A DNA stretch of 64,000 nt from Candidatus Dojkabacteria bacterium (GCA_025993875.1 JAMQHH010000013.1:8459-72458); one strand, 5' to 3'; shown: positions 49,415 to 60,090, counted from the first letter of the stretch. Notes: generated by a model from the letters alone, not told the origin. Translations and numbers: made by a program.

Positions 49415-51292
49415 ATGAACTCTTCTGCTTCAGATAATAATCAAAAAGATCTTGCGCAAAAGGCTAAGGAATACCTTTTAAATAAGACGGGAGATTCCCA
49501 TCAGAGCGATACATCGGGAGCGAGCGATTCTGCTTCGCAGAAAGTTCGGGGGCTAACCAATATTCTGGACGCGCTTTTGGTTAAGGGAAAAATCTCTACG
49601 GAGCAATACAATACATTGAAATTTGAAAGTGTAAATACCTCCAAATCGGTCGAAACTTTACTTATTGAGCAAGGTATTTTAAACAATTCACAAATTACCG
49701 AGATAATTGCGGAAATGAAGGGAATTGCTTTTGTAACCTTACGGGATTATGAAATTCCTACACCACTTTTAAATAAATTTCCCAAAGAAGTTGCCGAATC
49801 TACCATGGCGGTACCTTTTATGGAAAGTGATCTTAGGGTAAAGGTAGGGATGAAAGATCCTCTTGATTTGCAAAAAATTAAATACATTGAATCTGTTGTA
49901 GGAAAAAAAGTGGATGCGTATTTTGCACCAGAGGCAGAGATAAAAACAATTATTGAAACAAGGTACGGAGCACAGATTGGCAAAGAAGTGTCTGAAGCCC
50001 TAGCTGCTGTTGGTAATTTTACGTTGCTTGATATCGATAAGGCAGATTCTACCGAATCTATGGCAGATATAGAGAGTGCCCCATTAATAAAAGTTGTAAA
50101 CATGATTTTAAATTATGGTATTTCCCACAAATCTTCGGATATACACATTGAACCAAGAGAAAATATTATAAGTGTTAGATTTCGCAATTCCGGTATACTA
50201 GCCGAAAAACTTACCTTGCCTAAAAAATTACTGCCTTCGATTGTTACCCGTATAAAAATTCTTTCAAACGCAAAAATTGATGAGCACAGAGTACCTCAGG
50301 ATGGAAGGTTTCAGGTTAAGGATAAAAATAGCATTGTAGATGTAAGGGTATCTATTATCCCTTCTGTGTATGGTGAAAAAATTGCTTTAAGGCTTTTGGA
50401 AAAAACATACGGTATAAAAAATATGGAAGAACTTGGAATAAGAGGGATAAGCTATGCAAGATTAAACGATGCTTTAAAGAAAACACAAGGAATAATTTTG
50501 GTTACAGGTCCAACCGGTAGTGGTAAAACACAAACGCTTGCCAGTTCGCTTAAGATTTTAAATACAACGGCTGTAAATATTCTAACGCTGGAAGACCCTG
50601 TAGAAATAAGAATGGATGGTGTTACACAGGTTCAGGTTAATTCTCAAATAGGGCTTACTTTTGCCAATGGGTTAAGATCTTTTTTAAGACAGGACCCCGA
50701 TATTATAATGGTAGGTGAGATTAGAGATTCTGAAACTGCAAGTCTGGCTGTCCAGGCAGCTTTGGTAGGAAGACTTGTTTTATCAACAGTACACACCAAT
50801 AGTGCTGCTGGAGCATTTGTAAGATTAACAGATATGGGAGTAGAACCTTTTTTACTCTCTTCTACTGTTAACATTGTTTTAGCTCAAAGGCTTGTTAGAG
50901 TTTTGTGTGACTGTAAAGAACCATATAATGCAGCTTCCGAGCAGCTTAGCGAGTTGCATACCCACCTCGATGCTTTGCATGGAGTTGCGCTTTATGATGA
51001 AAATGATAAATTAAAATTGGAGTTTAAAACCGATACCCAAAACGTTACCTTATATAAAAAGGTTGGGTGCCCAAAATGCAACCAAACCGGTTATATAGGT
51101 AGGACCGGAATCTTTGAAGCACTTAAAATGTCCGAAAAAATTTCCTCTCTGGTAATGAAAAAGGCATCTATTTCGGAAATAAACAAAAAAGCTATAGAGG
51201 AAGGGATGGTAACATTAATCCAGGATGGTTATATAAAAGCTTTAGAGGGTATTACAACTTTAGAGGAGGTAGTAAGAGTAAAAAACGAATAA
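49415..51292 (+). CDS. pilB: Type IV pilus assembly ATPase PilB (GspE family) with N-terminal GSPII_E_N domain
   Basis: Walker A GPTGSGKT, Asp/His boxes, and the tetracysteine motif (CDC...C..C). Confidence 0.9.
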   Translation: MNSSASDNNQKDLAQKAKEYLLNKTGDSHQSDTSGASDSASQKVRGLTNILDALLVKGKISTEQYNTLKFESVNTSKSVETLLIEQGILNNSQITEIIAEMKGIAFVTLRDYEIPTPLLNKFPKEVAESTMAVPFMESDLRVKVGMKDPLDLQKIKYIESVVGKKVDAYFAPEAEIKTIIETRYGAQIGKEVSEALAAVGNFTLLDIDKADSTESMADIESAPLIKVVNMILNYGISHKSSDIHIEPRENIISVRFRNSGILAEKLTLPKKLLPSIVTRIKILSNAKIDEHRVPQDGRFQVKDKNSIVDVRVSIIPSVYGEKIALRLLEKTYGIKNMEELGIRGISYARLNDALKKTQGIILVTGPTGSGKTQTLASSLKILNTTAVNILTLEDPVEIRMDGVTQVQVNSQIGLTFANGLRSFLRQDPDIIMVGEIRDSETASLAVQAALVGRLVLSTVHTNSAAGAFVRLTDMGVEPFLLSSTVNIVLAQRLVRVLCDCKEPYNAASEQLSELHTHLDALHGVALYDENDKLKLEFKTDTQNVTLYKKVGCPKCNQTGYIGRTGIFEALKMSEKISSLVMKKASISEINKKAIEEGMVTLIQDGYIKALEGITTLEEVVRVKNE

Positions 51293-51309
51293 TTAATACA
51301 AACAATATT

Positions 51310-52530
51310 ATGGCATTTATAAATCTTACAAATAATGAAAAACCAAATGTGATCCCAAGCAGCAATATTTCGACTTCTGCTGTTTCGGGTAACGTTAACT
51401 CGTCTCAAAGTAGTATAGACGACTTAAATGCTCAGGCGTCTTCCATACTTAATAATGTGGACTCCAATTTGGTTGAATTGGAGAAACTTTTGGCAACGGC
51501 AGTTAACTTAAAGGCCTCTGATTTACACTTAAATACTGATTATCGTCCATATGTAAGAGTGGATGGAAAACTTGAACAACTAAATTTTCCGATACTTAAC
51601 AAAGAACAGATAGAAAATTTTGTTAAACAGCTTCTCCAAAGTAGAAAAGAGGTTAACTTATCTGAACTTTTTGAGTACGATATGACATTTGAGGCAATAA
51701 ACAGAAGGTTTAGGGTAAATATTTTTAGGGAGATGGGACATTTTTCTATTGTTTTAAGATTAATTCCGGAATCTATTCTTTCGTTAGACGATTTAGACCT
51801 GCCAGTTGTTTTAAAGGAGCTAATAAATTTTGCTAATGGACTGGTTTTGGTAACCGGTCCCACAGGGAGTGGAAAATCGACAACAATAGCTTCTTTGTTA
51901 AATCTTATAAACCTTACACAAAAAAAACATATTGTAACTTTAGAGGATCCTATCGAATTTGTTTTTCCTAAAGGACAAGGGCTTGTCGATCAAAGGGAAT
52001 TCAGCATTGATTTTAAAAACTGGGACGATGCCCTAAAATCAGTTTTAAGGCAGGATCCTGATGTGGTTATGATAGGCGAGATGCGTGATCTAGAAACTAT
52101 TGAGTCGGCTATTCAAATTGCCGAGACCGGGCATTTAGTTTTTGCAACCTTACACACAAACAGCGCCTCTCAAAGTATCGATAGAATTATTGATATCTTT
52201 CCTTCGGAGAAGCAATCACAGATAAAATTACAACTTTCCAATGTTATAAGAGCAATTGTTTCTCAGAGGCTTGTGCCAATAACTGGCGGAGGAAGAAAAG
52301 CTGCATGCGAAATTTTAATAGCGACACCTGCAGTTAAAAATTCTATAAGGGAAAATACTGCCAGCCAGATCGATAATTTAATTCAGACAGGTTCTGATGT
52401 AGGCATGATTTCGATGGAAAGGGCTTTAGTAAGGCTGGTGGAAGAAGGGCTAATTTCAGAAGAAACAGCTAAATCTTTTAGCATAAAGCCTGCAGAAATT
52501 GATACACTTTTATCTAAAAGACTTTTTTAA
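51310..52530 (+). CDS. pilT: Type IV pilus retraction ATPase PilT
   Basis: GPTGSGKSTT Walker A, and a PilT-like length and motifs (AIRAIVSQRLV). Confidence 0.88.
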   Translation: MAFINLTNNEKPNVIPSSNISTSAVSGNVNSSQSSIDDLNAQASSILNNVDSNLVELEKLLATAVNLKASDLHLNTDYRPYVRVDGKLEQLNFPILNKEQIENFVKQLLQSRKEVNLSELFEYDMTFEAINRRFRVNIFREMGHFSIVLRLIPESILSLDDLDLPVVLKELINFANGLVLVTGPTGSGKSTTIASLLNLINLTQKKHIVTLEDPIEFVFPKGQGLVDQREFSIDFKNWDDALKSVLRQDPDVVMIGEMRDLETIESAIQIAETGHLVFATLHTNSASQSIDRIIDIFPSEKQSQIKLQLSNVIRAIVSQRLVPITGGGRKAACEILIATPAVKNSIRENTASQIDNLIQTGSDVGMISMERALVRLVEEGLISEETAKSFSIKPAEIDTLLSKRLF

Positions 52531-52533
52531 AAA

Positions 52534-53760
52534 ATGGAGTTTAACTATGTTGTAATAAATTCTCGGGGAGAACGTATATCGGGAAAAAAAGAAGCCGAGC
52601 AAAAGGAAGATGTATTTAACTTCCTTATGTCTAAAGGCTTTACTGTTATCTCATTAACCGAGGCTATTAATATAGATCTTTCAACTTTTGTCAGTACAGA
52701 TTTAGGTGGGATACCTTTAAAGGAAAAGGTTTTGGTAATTAAACAGCTTGCAACAATGATTTCGGCAGGAATTCCAATTATCCAGGCTCTGGATTTACTT
52801 GTAAAGCAGACAGAAAAACCATCATTACAAAAAAAATTAAACGAAATTTATAAAGCGGTAGAAAGAGGTCTAACTTTAACTGAGGCTTTTGGAAGCCAGT
52901 CCGGAATATTATCCGAGGTTCAAATAAACCTTTTGGCTGCAGGCGAGAAAAGTGGAAATTTGGTGCAGATACTGGGAAAAATAGCTTTAGATATGGAAAA
53001 AAGCAAAACATTAAGAGGGCAGGTTATTGGTGCACTTATATACCCGGCAGTTATTTTTGTTGCAATGATTGCCGTTATAGTAATTTTAATTTTATTTATG
53101 GTTCCGCAGGTAAAAGATTTATATGCTTCGTTTGGAAGAAATGATTTGCCTTTTGCTACAACTATTTTAATCGAGATAAGTAATTTTTTTTCAAACTCTT
53201 TTTCAATAGTTGTGCTTTTAATTTTAGGTTTAACTGTTTATTTTGCATTAAGATATACAAACTCTACCTATAAAGGTAGAAGATTTTTAGATAAATTAAA
53301 ACTTAGGATTCCTGTTTGGGGAACACTTCTAAAAAAAATGGAAGTGGTTCAATTTTGCAGAATTTTTAATATGTTGCTCTCCAGCGGGCTCCCTATTACA
53401 GATTCGGTGGAAATTGTAGCCAAAGCCTTATCCAATAAAAATTTTAGTGATGTTCTTCTTTTTGCAAGGGATGATATTATAAAAGGTACTCCGCTCTCTT
53501 TGGCATTAGCCAAACACAATAAAAATACAATCTACCCTTTGGTATTAATAAAAATAATTTCGGTAGGAGAGGAATCGGGCAAAATTGAAAAAGTGTTGGA
53601 AGATATGACATCTTTTTACGAAATTGAAGTAAACCAGATGACTGCAAATTTGACAAAGCTTATAGAGCCTTTTATTATGTTAATAGCAGGAGGCTTGGTA
53701 ATGTTTTTGGCACTAGCCATTTACACTCCTACTTTGCAAATTGTGCAAAACATAAGTTAA
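52534..53760 (+). CDS. pilC: Type IV pilus inner-membrane platform protein PilC (GspF family)
   Basis: Two GspF repeats, three TMs, 408 aa. Confidence 0.88.
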   Translation: MEFNYVVINSRGERISGKKEAEQKEDVFNFLMSKGFTVISLTEAINIDLSTFVSTDLGGIPLKEKVLVIKQLATMISAGIPIIQALDLLVKQTEKPSLQKKLNEIYKAVERGLTLTEAFGSQSGILSEVQINLLAAGEKSGNLVQILGKIALDMEKSKTLRGQVIGALIYPAVIFVAMIAVIVILILFMVPQVKDLYASFGRNDLPFATTILIEISNFFSNSFSIVVLLILGLTVYFALRYTNSTYKGRRFLDKLKLRIPVWGTLLKKMEVVQFCRIFNMLLSSGLPITDSVEIVAKALSNKNFSDVLLFARDDIIKGTPLSLALAKHNKNTIYPLVLIKIISVGEESGKIEKVLEDMTSFYEIEVNQMTANLTKLIEPFIMLIAGGLVMFLALAIYTPTLQIVQNIS

Positions 53761-53772
53761 TTTATTTTTTAT

Positions 53773-54309
53773 TTGGTTCTTATGACCAAAAAATCCGCTT
53801 TCTTAAAGGGTTTTACAATCCTGGAACTTATAATAGGTATGGCAATCGTTGCTGTACTTATGGGGCTAGGTATTGCAGGAGTGTCAACCCTGCAGCAATC
53901 TACTCGAAATACAGAAAGAAGAACGGCCTTGCAGGCAGTTTATACCGAGGTAGAGGCAATGAGAGGAGACTTTGGCGCATATCCAGAGCAGATAAAGGTA
54001 GTAACATATTCTTCCAGCTCTACGACTTTGGTATTATGCCAAAAGTCTGGATCAGGAACTTCCTGTGGGACAGGAGGCTCTCGAAATGTAACTCTTTCGA
54101 ACTCTGCTTATGTTGTTCAAAACAGCACCGAAGCTGCCTCAACAACAACAGAGAGCGTTTATTGCTACTCCAGGCCAAGCAGTACAAGTTTTAGCCTTGC
54201 AGTATCTTTAGAGGGAGGATCAGCTCCATACGCTTATGGAAGTGCAACAGAATGTTGGGATACAGCCAATAACACTATTCCAGTAGCCAGTGCAAATAGA
54301 ATAAAATAA
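53773..54309 (+). CDS. Type IV (major) pilin with class III prepilin signal and C-terminal disulfide pair
   Basis: KG|FTILELIIGMAIVAVL is a prepilin peptidase site with Glu+5. The C-terminal half is Ser/Thr-rich and carries a Cys pair. Confidence 0.8.
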   Translation: MVLMTKKSAFLKGFTILELIIGMAIVAVLMGLGIAGVSTLQQSTRNTERRTALQAVYTEVEAMRGDFGAYPEQIKVVTYSSSSTTLVLCQKSGSGTSCGTGGSRNVTLSNSAYVVQNSTEAASTTTESVYCYSRPSSTSFSLAVSLEGGSAPYAYGSATECWDTANNTIPVASANRIK

Positions 54310-55089
54310 ATGCTTACTTCATTTGAGCTTTTATTAATACTCCCGGCTTTGATTGCCGGGAGTTTTATTGGATCAATTTTGATTTTTATTTTAGCAGGGG
54401 TTAACCCAGAAAAAATTCTAGCTAATATAACTATAAAATTTCTACTTTCATTATTTTTACCTTTGGGGTTTTCTACCAGTATTTTACTTACAACTAAATC
54501 TCCAATAACATTTTACAACAGGCAAGTTATCAATTTAATAAAAGTAGTGTCTTCTATTAATTTTGTTGTAGTGATAATTTTGTCTATTGAGCTTATTGGT
54601 CAGAAATATTTTCCTTTAGTTATTGGCTTGCTTTTTATAATCTTCATTTTTTTTGTAATTGTAATAATAGATATCTGGAAAAAAAACACTAATGGCTATG
54701 AAATTTTTATCTTTGTTTTTCTTGCTGTTTTACTAAATGTAATCGGGGCAATAAATAATTTAGCTATAAAATCAGCTAATTTATTTGGTATAGGAAGTGT
54801 TGAAAACCTTCTAACAGGAGTATTTATAGTGTTTGTTTTCTTTTTAGTTTTAATGATTTTGGGTTCTAAAAATTTTGATAGCAGATATTTTTTTATTTTG
54901 GTATCTATAGGATTATGTTTAGGACCATTTCACTTTTTGCTTAATCTTGTGCTGGCAGTTTTTTTAGAATTATCTATAGGTTTGATGGTAAAGATTTTCG
55001 GCGATGAACTTTACAAAAATCTTTTTTCTTTTACATTATTTTTATACGTAGGATTTTTAATCTCGGTACTTAGCATGTTATTTAGTTAA
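54310..55089 (+). CDS. Polytopic membrane protein, possible prepilin peptidase (A24-like)
   Basis: Eight hydrophobic helices. Its position between pilin genes and a GDELYK segment hint at PilD, but the canonical motifs are not clear. Confidence 0.3.
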   Translation: MLTSFELLLILPALIAGSFIGSILIFILAGVNPEKILANITIKFLLSLFLPLGFSTSILLTTKSPITFYNRQVINLIKVVSSINFVVVIILSIELIGQKYFPLVIGLLFIIFIFFVIVIIDIWKKNTNGYEIFIFVFLAVLLNVIGAINNLAIKSANLFGIGSVENLLTGVFIVFVFFLVLMILGSKNFDSRYFFILVSIGLCLGPFHFLLNLVLAVFLELSIGLMVKIFGDELYKNLFSFTLFLYVGFLISVLSMLFS

Positions 55090-55153
55090 AAATCTTTCCT
55101 ACCTGCATAGAAATTGCATATAAGCTGCATATAATGTAAGCTGTTGTTAGAGT

Positions 55154-55735
55154 TTGCATATTATGAAAAAATTCTTTTCTGCATTTACTGTACTCGAACT
55201 AATAGTTGTTTTAGGCGCAATAGCAATCTTACTAACTTTGGGAATAGAGTTTATTTTAAGGTTTAGATCGAATGTCGAAATTCAAACGTCGTATTCCGAA
55301 GTGGTTAGTGCAATTAAGACTCTGCAAAATGCAGCAAGAAATTCACTAAAGATATTTGATTCTTCTGACCAGACTGATATTTACGCCTTTATACCATCGG
55401 CAGAACAAAAGAGCTATATTTTTGAGGGGTGTTTTTGGGATTCAGGTTCTTCTTTAAATGCAACCTGCCTACCTGCCGAGATTGCCATAACTACAATTAA
55501 GGGGTTGCCTGCCGAAATGCTTTTGTTTGGAGAATACTCTACCCCCGAAGGAGTGGTATCTAAAGGATTTTGCGGGTTTGAGAGAAAAACAGGAAAAGTA
55601 TTTGGGTTTACGTATAATGCGAGTAATTTAGATGTGTATAATAGTGGCACATGCATTTACACATTGCGAAACGAAAAGACAGGAGAGGAAAAACGGGTTA
55701 ATATGGATATAGGAAAAAGTACAATAATCATTTAA
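55154..55735 (+). CDS. Minor pilin / pseudopilin-like protein
   Basis: N-terminal SAFTVLELIVVLGAIAIL prepilin-like helix (Ala at -1). Confidence 0.5.
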   Translation: MHIMKKFFSAFTVLELIVVLGAIAILLTLGIEFILRFRSNVEIQTSYSEVVSAIKTLQNAARNSLKIFDSSDQTDIYAFIPSAEQKSYIFEGCFWDSGSSLNATCLPAEIAITTIKGLPAEMLLFGEYSTPEGVVSKGFCGFERKTGKVFGFTYNASNLDVYNSGTCIYTLRNEKTGEEKRVNMDIGKSTIII

Positions 55736-55736
55736 T

Positions 55737-56264
55737 ATGAAAAGAAAGCTCTTAGCATACTCACTGTTGGAGGTACTTGTTGCCTTAATAATTATTTCTA
55801 CTGCTATGGTTTCTTCGGTAGCAATACTGGTTAAACCATTTAGAATTGTTAGAGAGAATGAGATCAAAAGCTATATTGATAGTATAACTATTCGAGCTTT
55901 TGAATTCTTAAAATCCAAACTGGAGATCCCGGTTCAAGGCGATATAGTATCAATAGGAACAGATCAGAACCAGTACTTTTCTTTAGGCGAAGACCCTGTA
56001 ACAAAAAAACTCTTTTTAAAGCCCGAGTATTCACCTATTACAGATGATTGTATAAATAATGATCTTGATAGTTATTTTTACACAACCCAGAATATTGAAC
56101 TAAGTGGCTCATCAAAAATCAAAATCTGTCTTGGAATTAATGTGGTTAAAGGTGTTGGAGAGATTTACACTATAACAGTTTTAACAAAATATCCTAATAA
56201 TGAAGGAGAGATATTAACCGAAACAATAAAAACAGTAAGAAAAAGCGGATTTTATGAAAAATAA
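55737..56264 (+). CDS. Minor pilin / pseudopilin-like protein
   Basis: N-terminal AYSLLEVLVALIIISTAMV prepilin-like helix. Confidence 0.5.
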   Translation: MKRKLLAYSLLEVLVALIIISTAMVSSVAILVKPFRIVRENEIKSYIDSITIRAFEFLKSKLEIPVQGDIVSIGTDQNQYFSLGEDPVTKKLFLKPEYSPITDDCINNDLDSYFYTTQNIELSGSSKIKICLGINVVKGVGEIYTITVLTKYPNNEGEILTETIKTVRKSGFYEK

Positions 56265-56820
56265 TTTTAGAAAACAAAGATTAAAAGGCTACTCTATTAT
56301 CGAACTTATAATAAGCATGGGAATTATTGCTGTAGCTACAGGAGCTCTTTTATCATCATTAATTTATGGATTTAGGTTAAACGTAAATGCAATAGCCAGG
56401 TCTTTTGTTAGGGAGGAGATAGCAAATGTGGCTAGCTTAATAGTAAAAGATATCCGAAACTCTGATAGATTAATTCTTTGCTCCGGTGAATTTAATATTG
56501 GAGAAGTTCTAAGTGACTATGGAAGATGCAGGTTTGTAAGTAACGGAAAGATTTACGATTGGACAGTTTGCGACGAAACCACCGGTTCGCCTTCACTCTG
56601 CAAGTATTATCTTGATTTGAACTTTAATGTGGTTAATATTGAATACAAGGCTTCCTCTAATATTCTAGTACAAAAACTTATTTTTGAATCTACCCTTAAT
56701 TCCAACTCAAAAGATGGTAATATATTAGTAACTATTGTTGGAGCCCATGCTAACGCCAACTTGGAGATCTTTAATATATTTAGCCAGTTATCGGCATCCA
56801 CAAGGAATTTTGAAATTTAA
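56254..56820 (+). CDS. Minor pilin with canonical prepilin signal
   Basis: KG|YSIIELIISMGIIAVATGA. Confidence 0.65.
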   Translation: MKNNFRKQRLKGYSIIELIISMGIIAVATGALLSSLIYGFRLNVNAIARSFVREEIANVASLIVKDIRNSDRLILCSGEFNIGEVLSDYGRCRFVSNGKIYDWTVCDETTGSPSLCKYYLDLNFNVVNIEYKASSNILVQKLIFESTLNSNSKDGNILVTIVGAHANANLEIFNIFSQLSASTRNFEI

Positions 56821-56823
56821 CAT

Positions 56824-57684
56824 ATGCGAATAAAAGGCCAGATACTTATAACAACTCTACTCTCTTTAACAATTATATCCTTATTGGTTGCGTCATTAAC
56901 TATGATTGCAGGTAGAGATGTTGTTCAGCTTGCAACATCAGAAAGGTACGAAGAATTTTATAATATTGCAGAAACTGAATTAAGAAATCACATCGATCAA
57001 ATAGGTATTAGTTCGGCTCTGGGCAGCTTTTTTGAGGAAGGTGAATGTATTGATGCTTTTTGGTGCCAAAAAAATATATCAAGTAATTTTACACCGGAAG
57101 ATATTTTAACAAACACTTTATTAGTTGTTAGAGATACAAGGGAGATTAAAGAGATGGAGATAAAAAAAGATAGTTCTTTTAATATAAAACTAAATTCAAA
57201 TTATACAGGCTCAATAATATTTGATTGGGATTATGATCCATCGCAGGTTGATATAGCATTTGAAGTTTCACTTTTGGTAAACAATGGAGGGAAAAAAGAG
57301 GTTTTAAGGGATGTATATAATCCTTCAAATATTTTGGGCGTTGGAGTATCGGGTGTTTTATTTCCAATAGGTTTCTCCCAGGCTAACAAAACTCATTTCG
57401 TTATTGATTTAAGCGCAATAATTTTGAATAAGGAAGCTTTATGGGTTACTCCACGTATTCTTTCGCCAGGAAGCGATTCAGACTATGTAATACTAAAAAG
57501 CGCCACATTTAGCGATTTAAGTAACGTGCCTTATCAAATTAGAGAATATATCTCCGAAACTTCTCAGACAGGGATAGAAAGTTCTCCTGTAGCAAAAGTT
57601 ATTTCCAGAATTCCTTTAACACCCCAAATAGGATCTTTGTTTGATTATGTTTTGTTGACAGATGGGCAGCTGAAGCTTGATTAA
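56824..57684 (+). CDS. PilX-like minor pilin / pilus-associated protein
   Basis: N-terminal KGQILITTLLSLTIISLLVASL hydrophobic helix, followed by a 250-aa soluble region. Confidence 0.4.
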   Translation: MRIKGQILITTLLSLTIISLLVASLTMIAGRDVVQLATSERYEEFYNIAETELRNHIDQIGISSALGSFFEEGECIDAFWCQKNISSNFTPEDILTNTLLVVRDTREIKEMEIKKDSSFNIKLNSNYTGSIIFDWDYDPSQVDIAFEVSLLVNNGGKKEVLRDVYNPSNILGVGVSGVLFPIGFSQANKTHFVIDLSAIILNKEALWVTPRILSPGSDSDYVILKSATFSDLSNVPYQIREYISETSQTGIESSPVAKVISRIPLTPQIGSLFDYVLLTDGQLKLD

Positions 57685-57746
57685 AGAATTTTGGTTGTTC
57701 TATTCTAGTTAATACTTTATTATATTTATAGTTAAATTTACTCGAA

Positions 57747-58796
57747 ATGGCTGGGAATATAGATTTTGTAGGATTAAATATTGGTCATAGCTCAATAAAA
57801 CTAGCAAGTATAGGCAAAGCAAAAGACGGCTCGTTAGAACTTTTAGGATTAAGTAATACACCTACATCTTTAGATTTTTCATCCGATAGATCTGCTGTAA
57901 ATTCAGAAAAACTTGCTTCGGAACTTCAGCTAGCTTTTAAAAATTCTAAATTTAGAACAAAAAACATTGTTATATCTATGTCCGAAACAGAGGTTTTCTC
58001 CCGCCTACTTACTCTTCCTGCTGTTGCGGAGCCTGAAATTTCCGAAGCTATAAATTGGGCGTTAAAACCAATGGTTCCTATTTCGATGGATAGTTTAAAT
58101 ATCTCATTTATGGAGATTGACCGGAAAAAAAATGCTAATTCTGAAATGGTTAATTGGTATGTGGTAGCAGCACCTAAAGAGAGGGTAAATCAGTATGTAG
58201 AGATTTTTTCTAAGGCAGGATTAGCGATTTTAGCTGTTGAAACTGAATCACTTGCTTTGTGCAGAGTTATACAACATAGCTATAAAATTTCTTCAAGTGA
58301 AGATGTATTTATTATGGATCTAGGTGCTGAAAACACGAATGTTATTTTGGCAAGGGGTGGAGTACCTATTTTTTCGCAATCAATAAGTACAGGTTCTGAT
58401 GCCCTAACAAAGGTTATTGCTTCAGATTTTGGAATTGATGTGCAAAAGGCGGAGGAATACAAAATTCAATATGGTATTTTAATGGAAAAAGATGGTGAAA
58501 AAATAGGGCGATCGATTCTTCCAATTTTAGATTTGGTAACAGGCGAATCACTACGAATATTAAGATACTATAATGAGAAAATAAAAGGCCAGGGTATTAA
58601 AAGGGCTTTTATAACAGGGGGAGGTTCTGCTTTAAAGGGAATAGCTCCTTATTTCCAAAATAAGTCTGGACTAACAACAGAAATAGCTAATTTGTTAACT
58701 AATATAAAATCAAATATTGTTTTAGAGGATAATAAAAAAAACATTATGAATAGCTTTAATGTAGCTTTTGGACTTGCTTTAAAGGGATTTATTTAA
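57747..58796 (+). CDS. pilM: Type IV pilus assembly protein PilM (actin-like ATPase)
   Basis: VGLNIGHSSIKLA N-terminus and an actin/FtsA fold throughout. Confidence 0.85.
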   Translation: MAGNIDFVGLNIGHSSIKLASIGKAKDGSLELLGLSNTPTSLDFSSDRSAVNSEKLASELQLAFKNSKFRTKNIVISMSETEVFSRLLTLPAVAEPEISEAINWALKPMVPISMDSLNISFMEIDRKKNANSEMVNWYVVAAPKERVNQYVEIFSKAGLAILAVETESLALCRVIQHSYKISSSEDVFIMDLGAENTNVILARGGVPIFSQSISTGSDALTKVIASDFGIDVQKAEEYKIQYGILMEKDGEKIGRSILPILDLVTGESLRILRYYNEKIKGQGIKRAFITGGGSALKGIAPYFQNKSGLTTEIANLLTNIKSNIVLEDNKKNIMNSFNVAFGLALKGFI

Positions 58797-58799
58797 TAT

Positions 58800-59366
58800 A
58801 TGGCTCAGGATAAACAAAGAAATTTTTATTCATTTAATCTGCTTACTCCGCCAACAGAGGAAGAAAAGGTTATAGCCTTTGAAAAAGACAACACTGTTTT
58901 TTACTCTGTTGTGCTAATTTTTATTGCCTTCATTATCTTTATTATGTTTTCGATAATTCACCTGATTGTTGTTCTGCCAAAAAAAAATGAAACAATAAGT
59001 AGAATTAGTAAACTAGACGAACAGATAAGAACATTTGATGAAATAAAGGCTCAGAATGGTGAACTATACATAAAATCACAAATTTTAGAGCCAATTCTTA
59101 GAGAAGATATAAAAATTGCTGAGCTTCTCGATATTGCCTCCCGTTTAGTGGAAAATATAAACACTGTCGAGATAAAAAGCTACTCCCGTAAAAGTGACGG
59201 TGATTTTATCGTTTTACTAGACATGCAATCATTTTTGGAGATTAATAAGGTTATTGAAAATTCTAAATTAATTAAGGAAGTTCAAAACGTTTTTGTAACA
59301 AGATTAACAAAAAATTATTCTACCAATATTGTAGAAGGAGCACTTACTTTTAGTGTGGTATTATAA
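58800..59366 (+). CDS. pilN: PilN-like bitopic pilus assembly protein
   Basis: Single TM after a short cytoplasmic N-terminus, then a coiled-coil. It sits immediately after pilM. Confidence 0.55.
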   Translation: MAQDKQRNFYSFNLLTPPTEEEKVIAFEKDNTVFYSVVLIFIAFIIFIMFSIIHLIVVLPKKNETISRISKLDEQIRTFDEIKAQNGELYIKSQILEPILREDIKIAELLDIASRLVENINTVEIKSYSRKSDGDFIVLLDMQSFLEINKVIENSKLIKEVQNVFVTRLTKNYSTNIVEGALTFSVVL

Positions 59367-59372
59367 AGCTTT

Positions 59373-60083
59373 ATGAAAAAAATTAGAATTAATGAAATTT
59401 TTCCATTTATAAAAAACAATCTTTTGCCTATTGCAACATTAACGGGCTTTATTATTATAGTTTTAGTCCTGTTGATACCAAAACTTTCACAAATCTTTGG
59501 AGATATAGAGGTAATAACACAAAATAATCAGATAATTAAAGAAAAAAACAGTGAACTTTTAACGCTTTCGGCTCTTAAAGATTCTTATCCCCAAATTGCA
59601 ACAAATTTGAACTTGATTAACACTATTGCTCCCAGTGGGGTTACGCAGGTTTTAGGTTTTAGAGATAAAATTACCGAGCTTGCCGAAACTAATTCATTAA
59701 TTGTAACCTCTCAATCATTTAGTGAGAATGAAATAATAAACAATCTGTCACAAATATATAGGGATTCTTCGGGAAATGTTTTAATGATACAATCAATCCC
59801 TTCCCTTTTTTCGATAGAAGGAAAATACGATGATATTATTAGATTTATAAAGGGTTTAGATTTAATTGGCGATTTTGTGGTAATTAAACAGATGGATTTT
59901 ATAGTAAAAGATAGACTTAACCCTTTAGCTACTCCCAAAACAGAGATTCGTTTTGATAAATTTCTTTTTAATTCAACAAACGCAGAACTTCTTAGAGAAA
60001 GCTATCTGCAAATTCCTTCAACATTGAGACCTTCCGAAGAGTTTTTAGAATATATAAATACCCGTTATAAGGATCTACTTTAA
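59373..60083 (+). CDS. pilO: PilO-like bitopic pilus assembly protein
   Basis: Single N-terminal TM. The call rests on position after pilN and on topology. Confidence 0.45.
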   Translation: MKKIRINEIFPFIKNNLLPIATLTGFIIIVLVLLIPKLSQIFGDIEVITQNNQIIKEKNSELLTLSALKDSYPQIATNLNLINTIAPSGVTQVLGFRDKITELAETNSLIVTSQSFSENEIINNLSQIYRDSSGNVLMIQSIPSLFSIEGKYDDIIRFIKGLDLIGDFVVIKQMDFIVKDRLNPLATPKTEIRFDKFLFNSTNAELLRESYLQIPSTLRPSEEFLEYINTRYKDLL

Positions 60084-60090
60084 AATAAGA

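Noticed and set aside
60084-60090. Bidirectional terminator between pilO and rpsP
   Set aside because: Only a weak GATCTA/TAGATC pair with a 25-nt loop spans the gene ends, which is not convincing.
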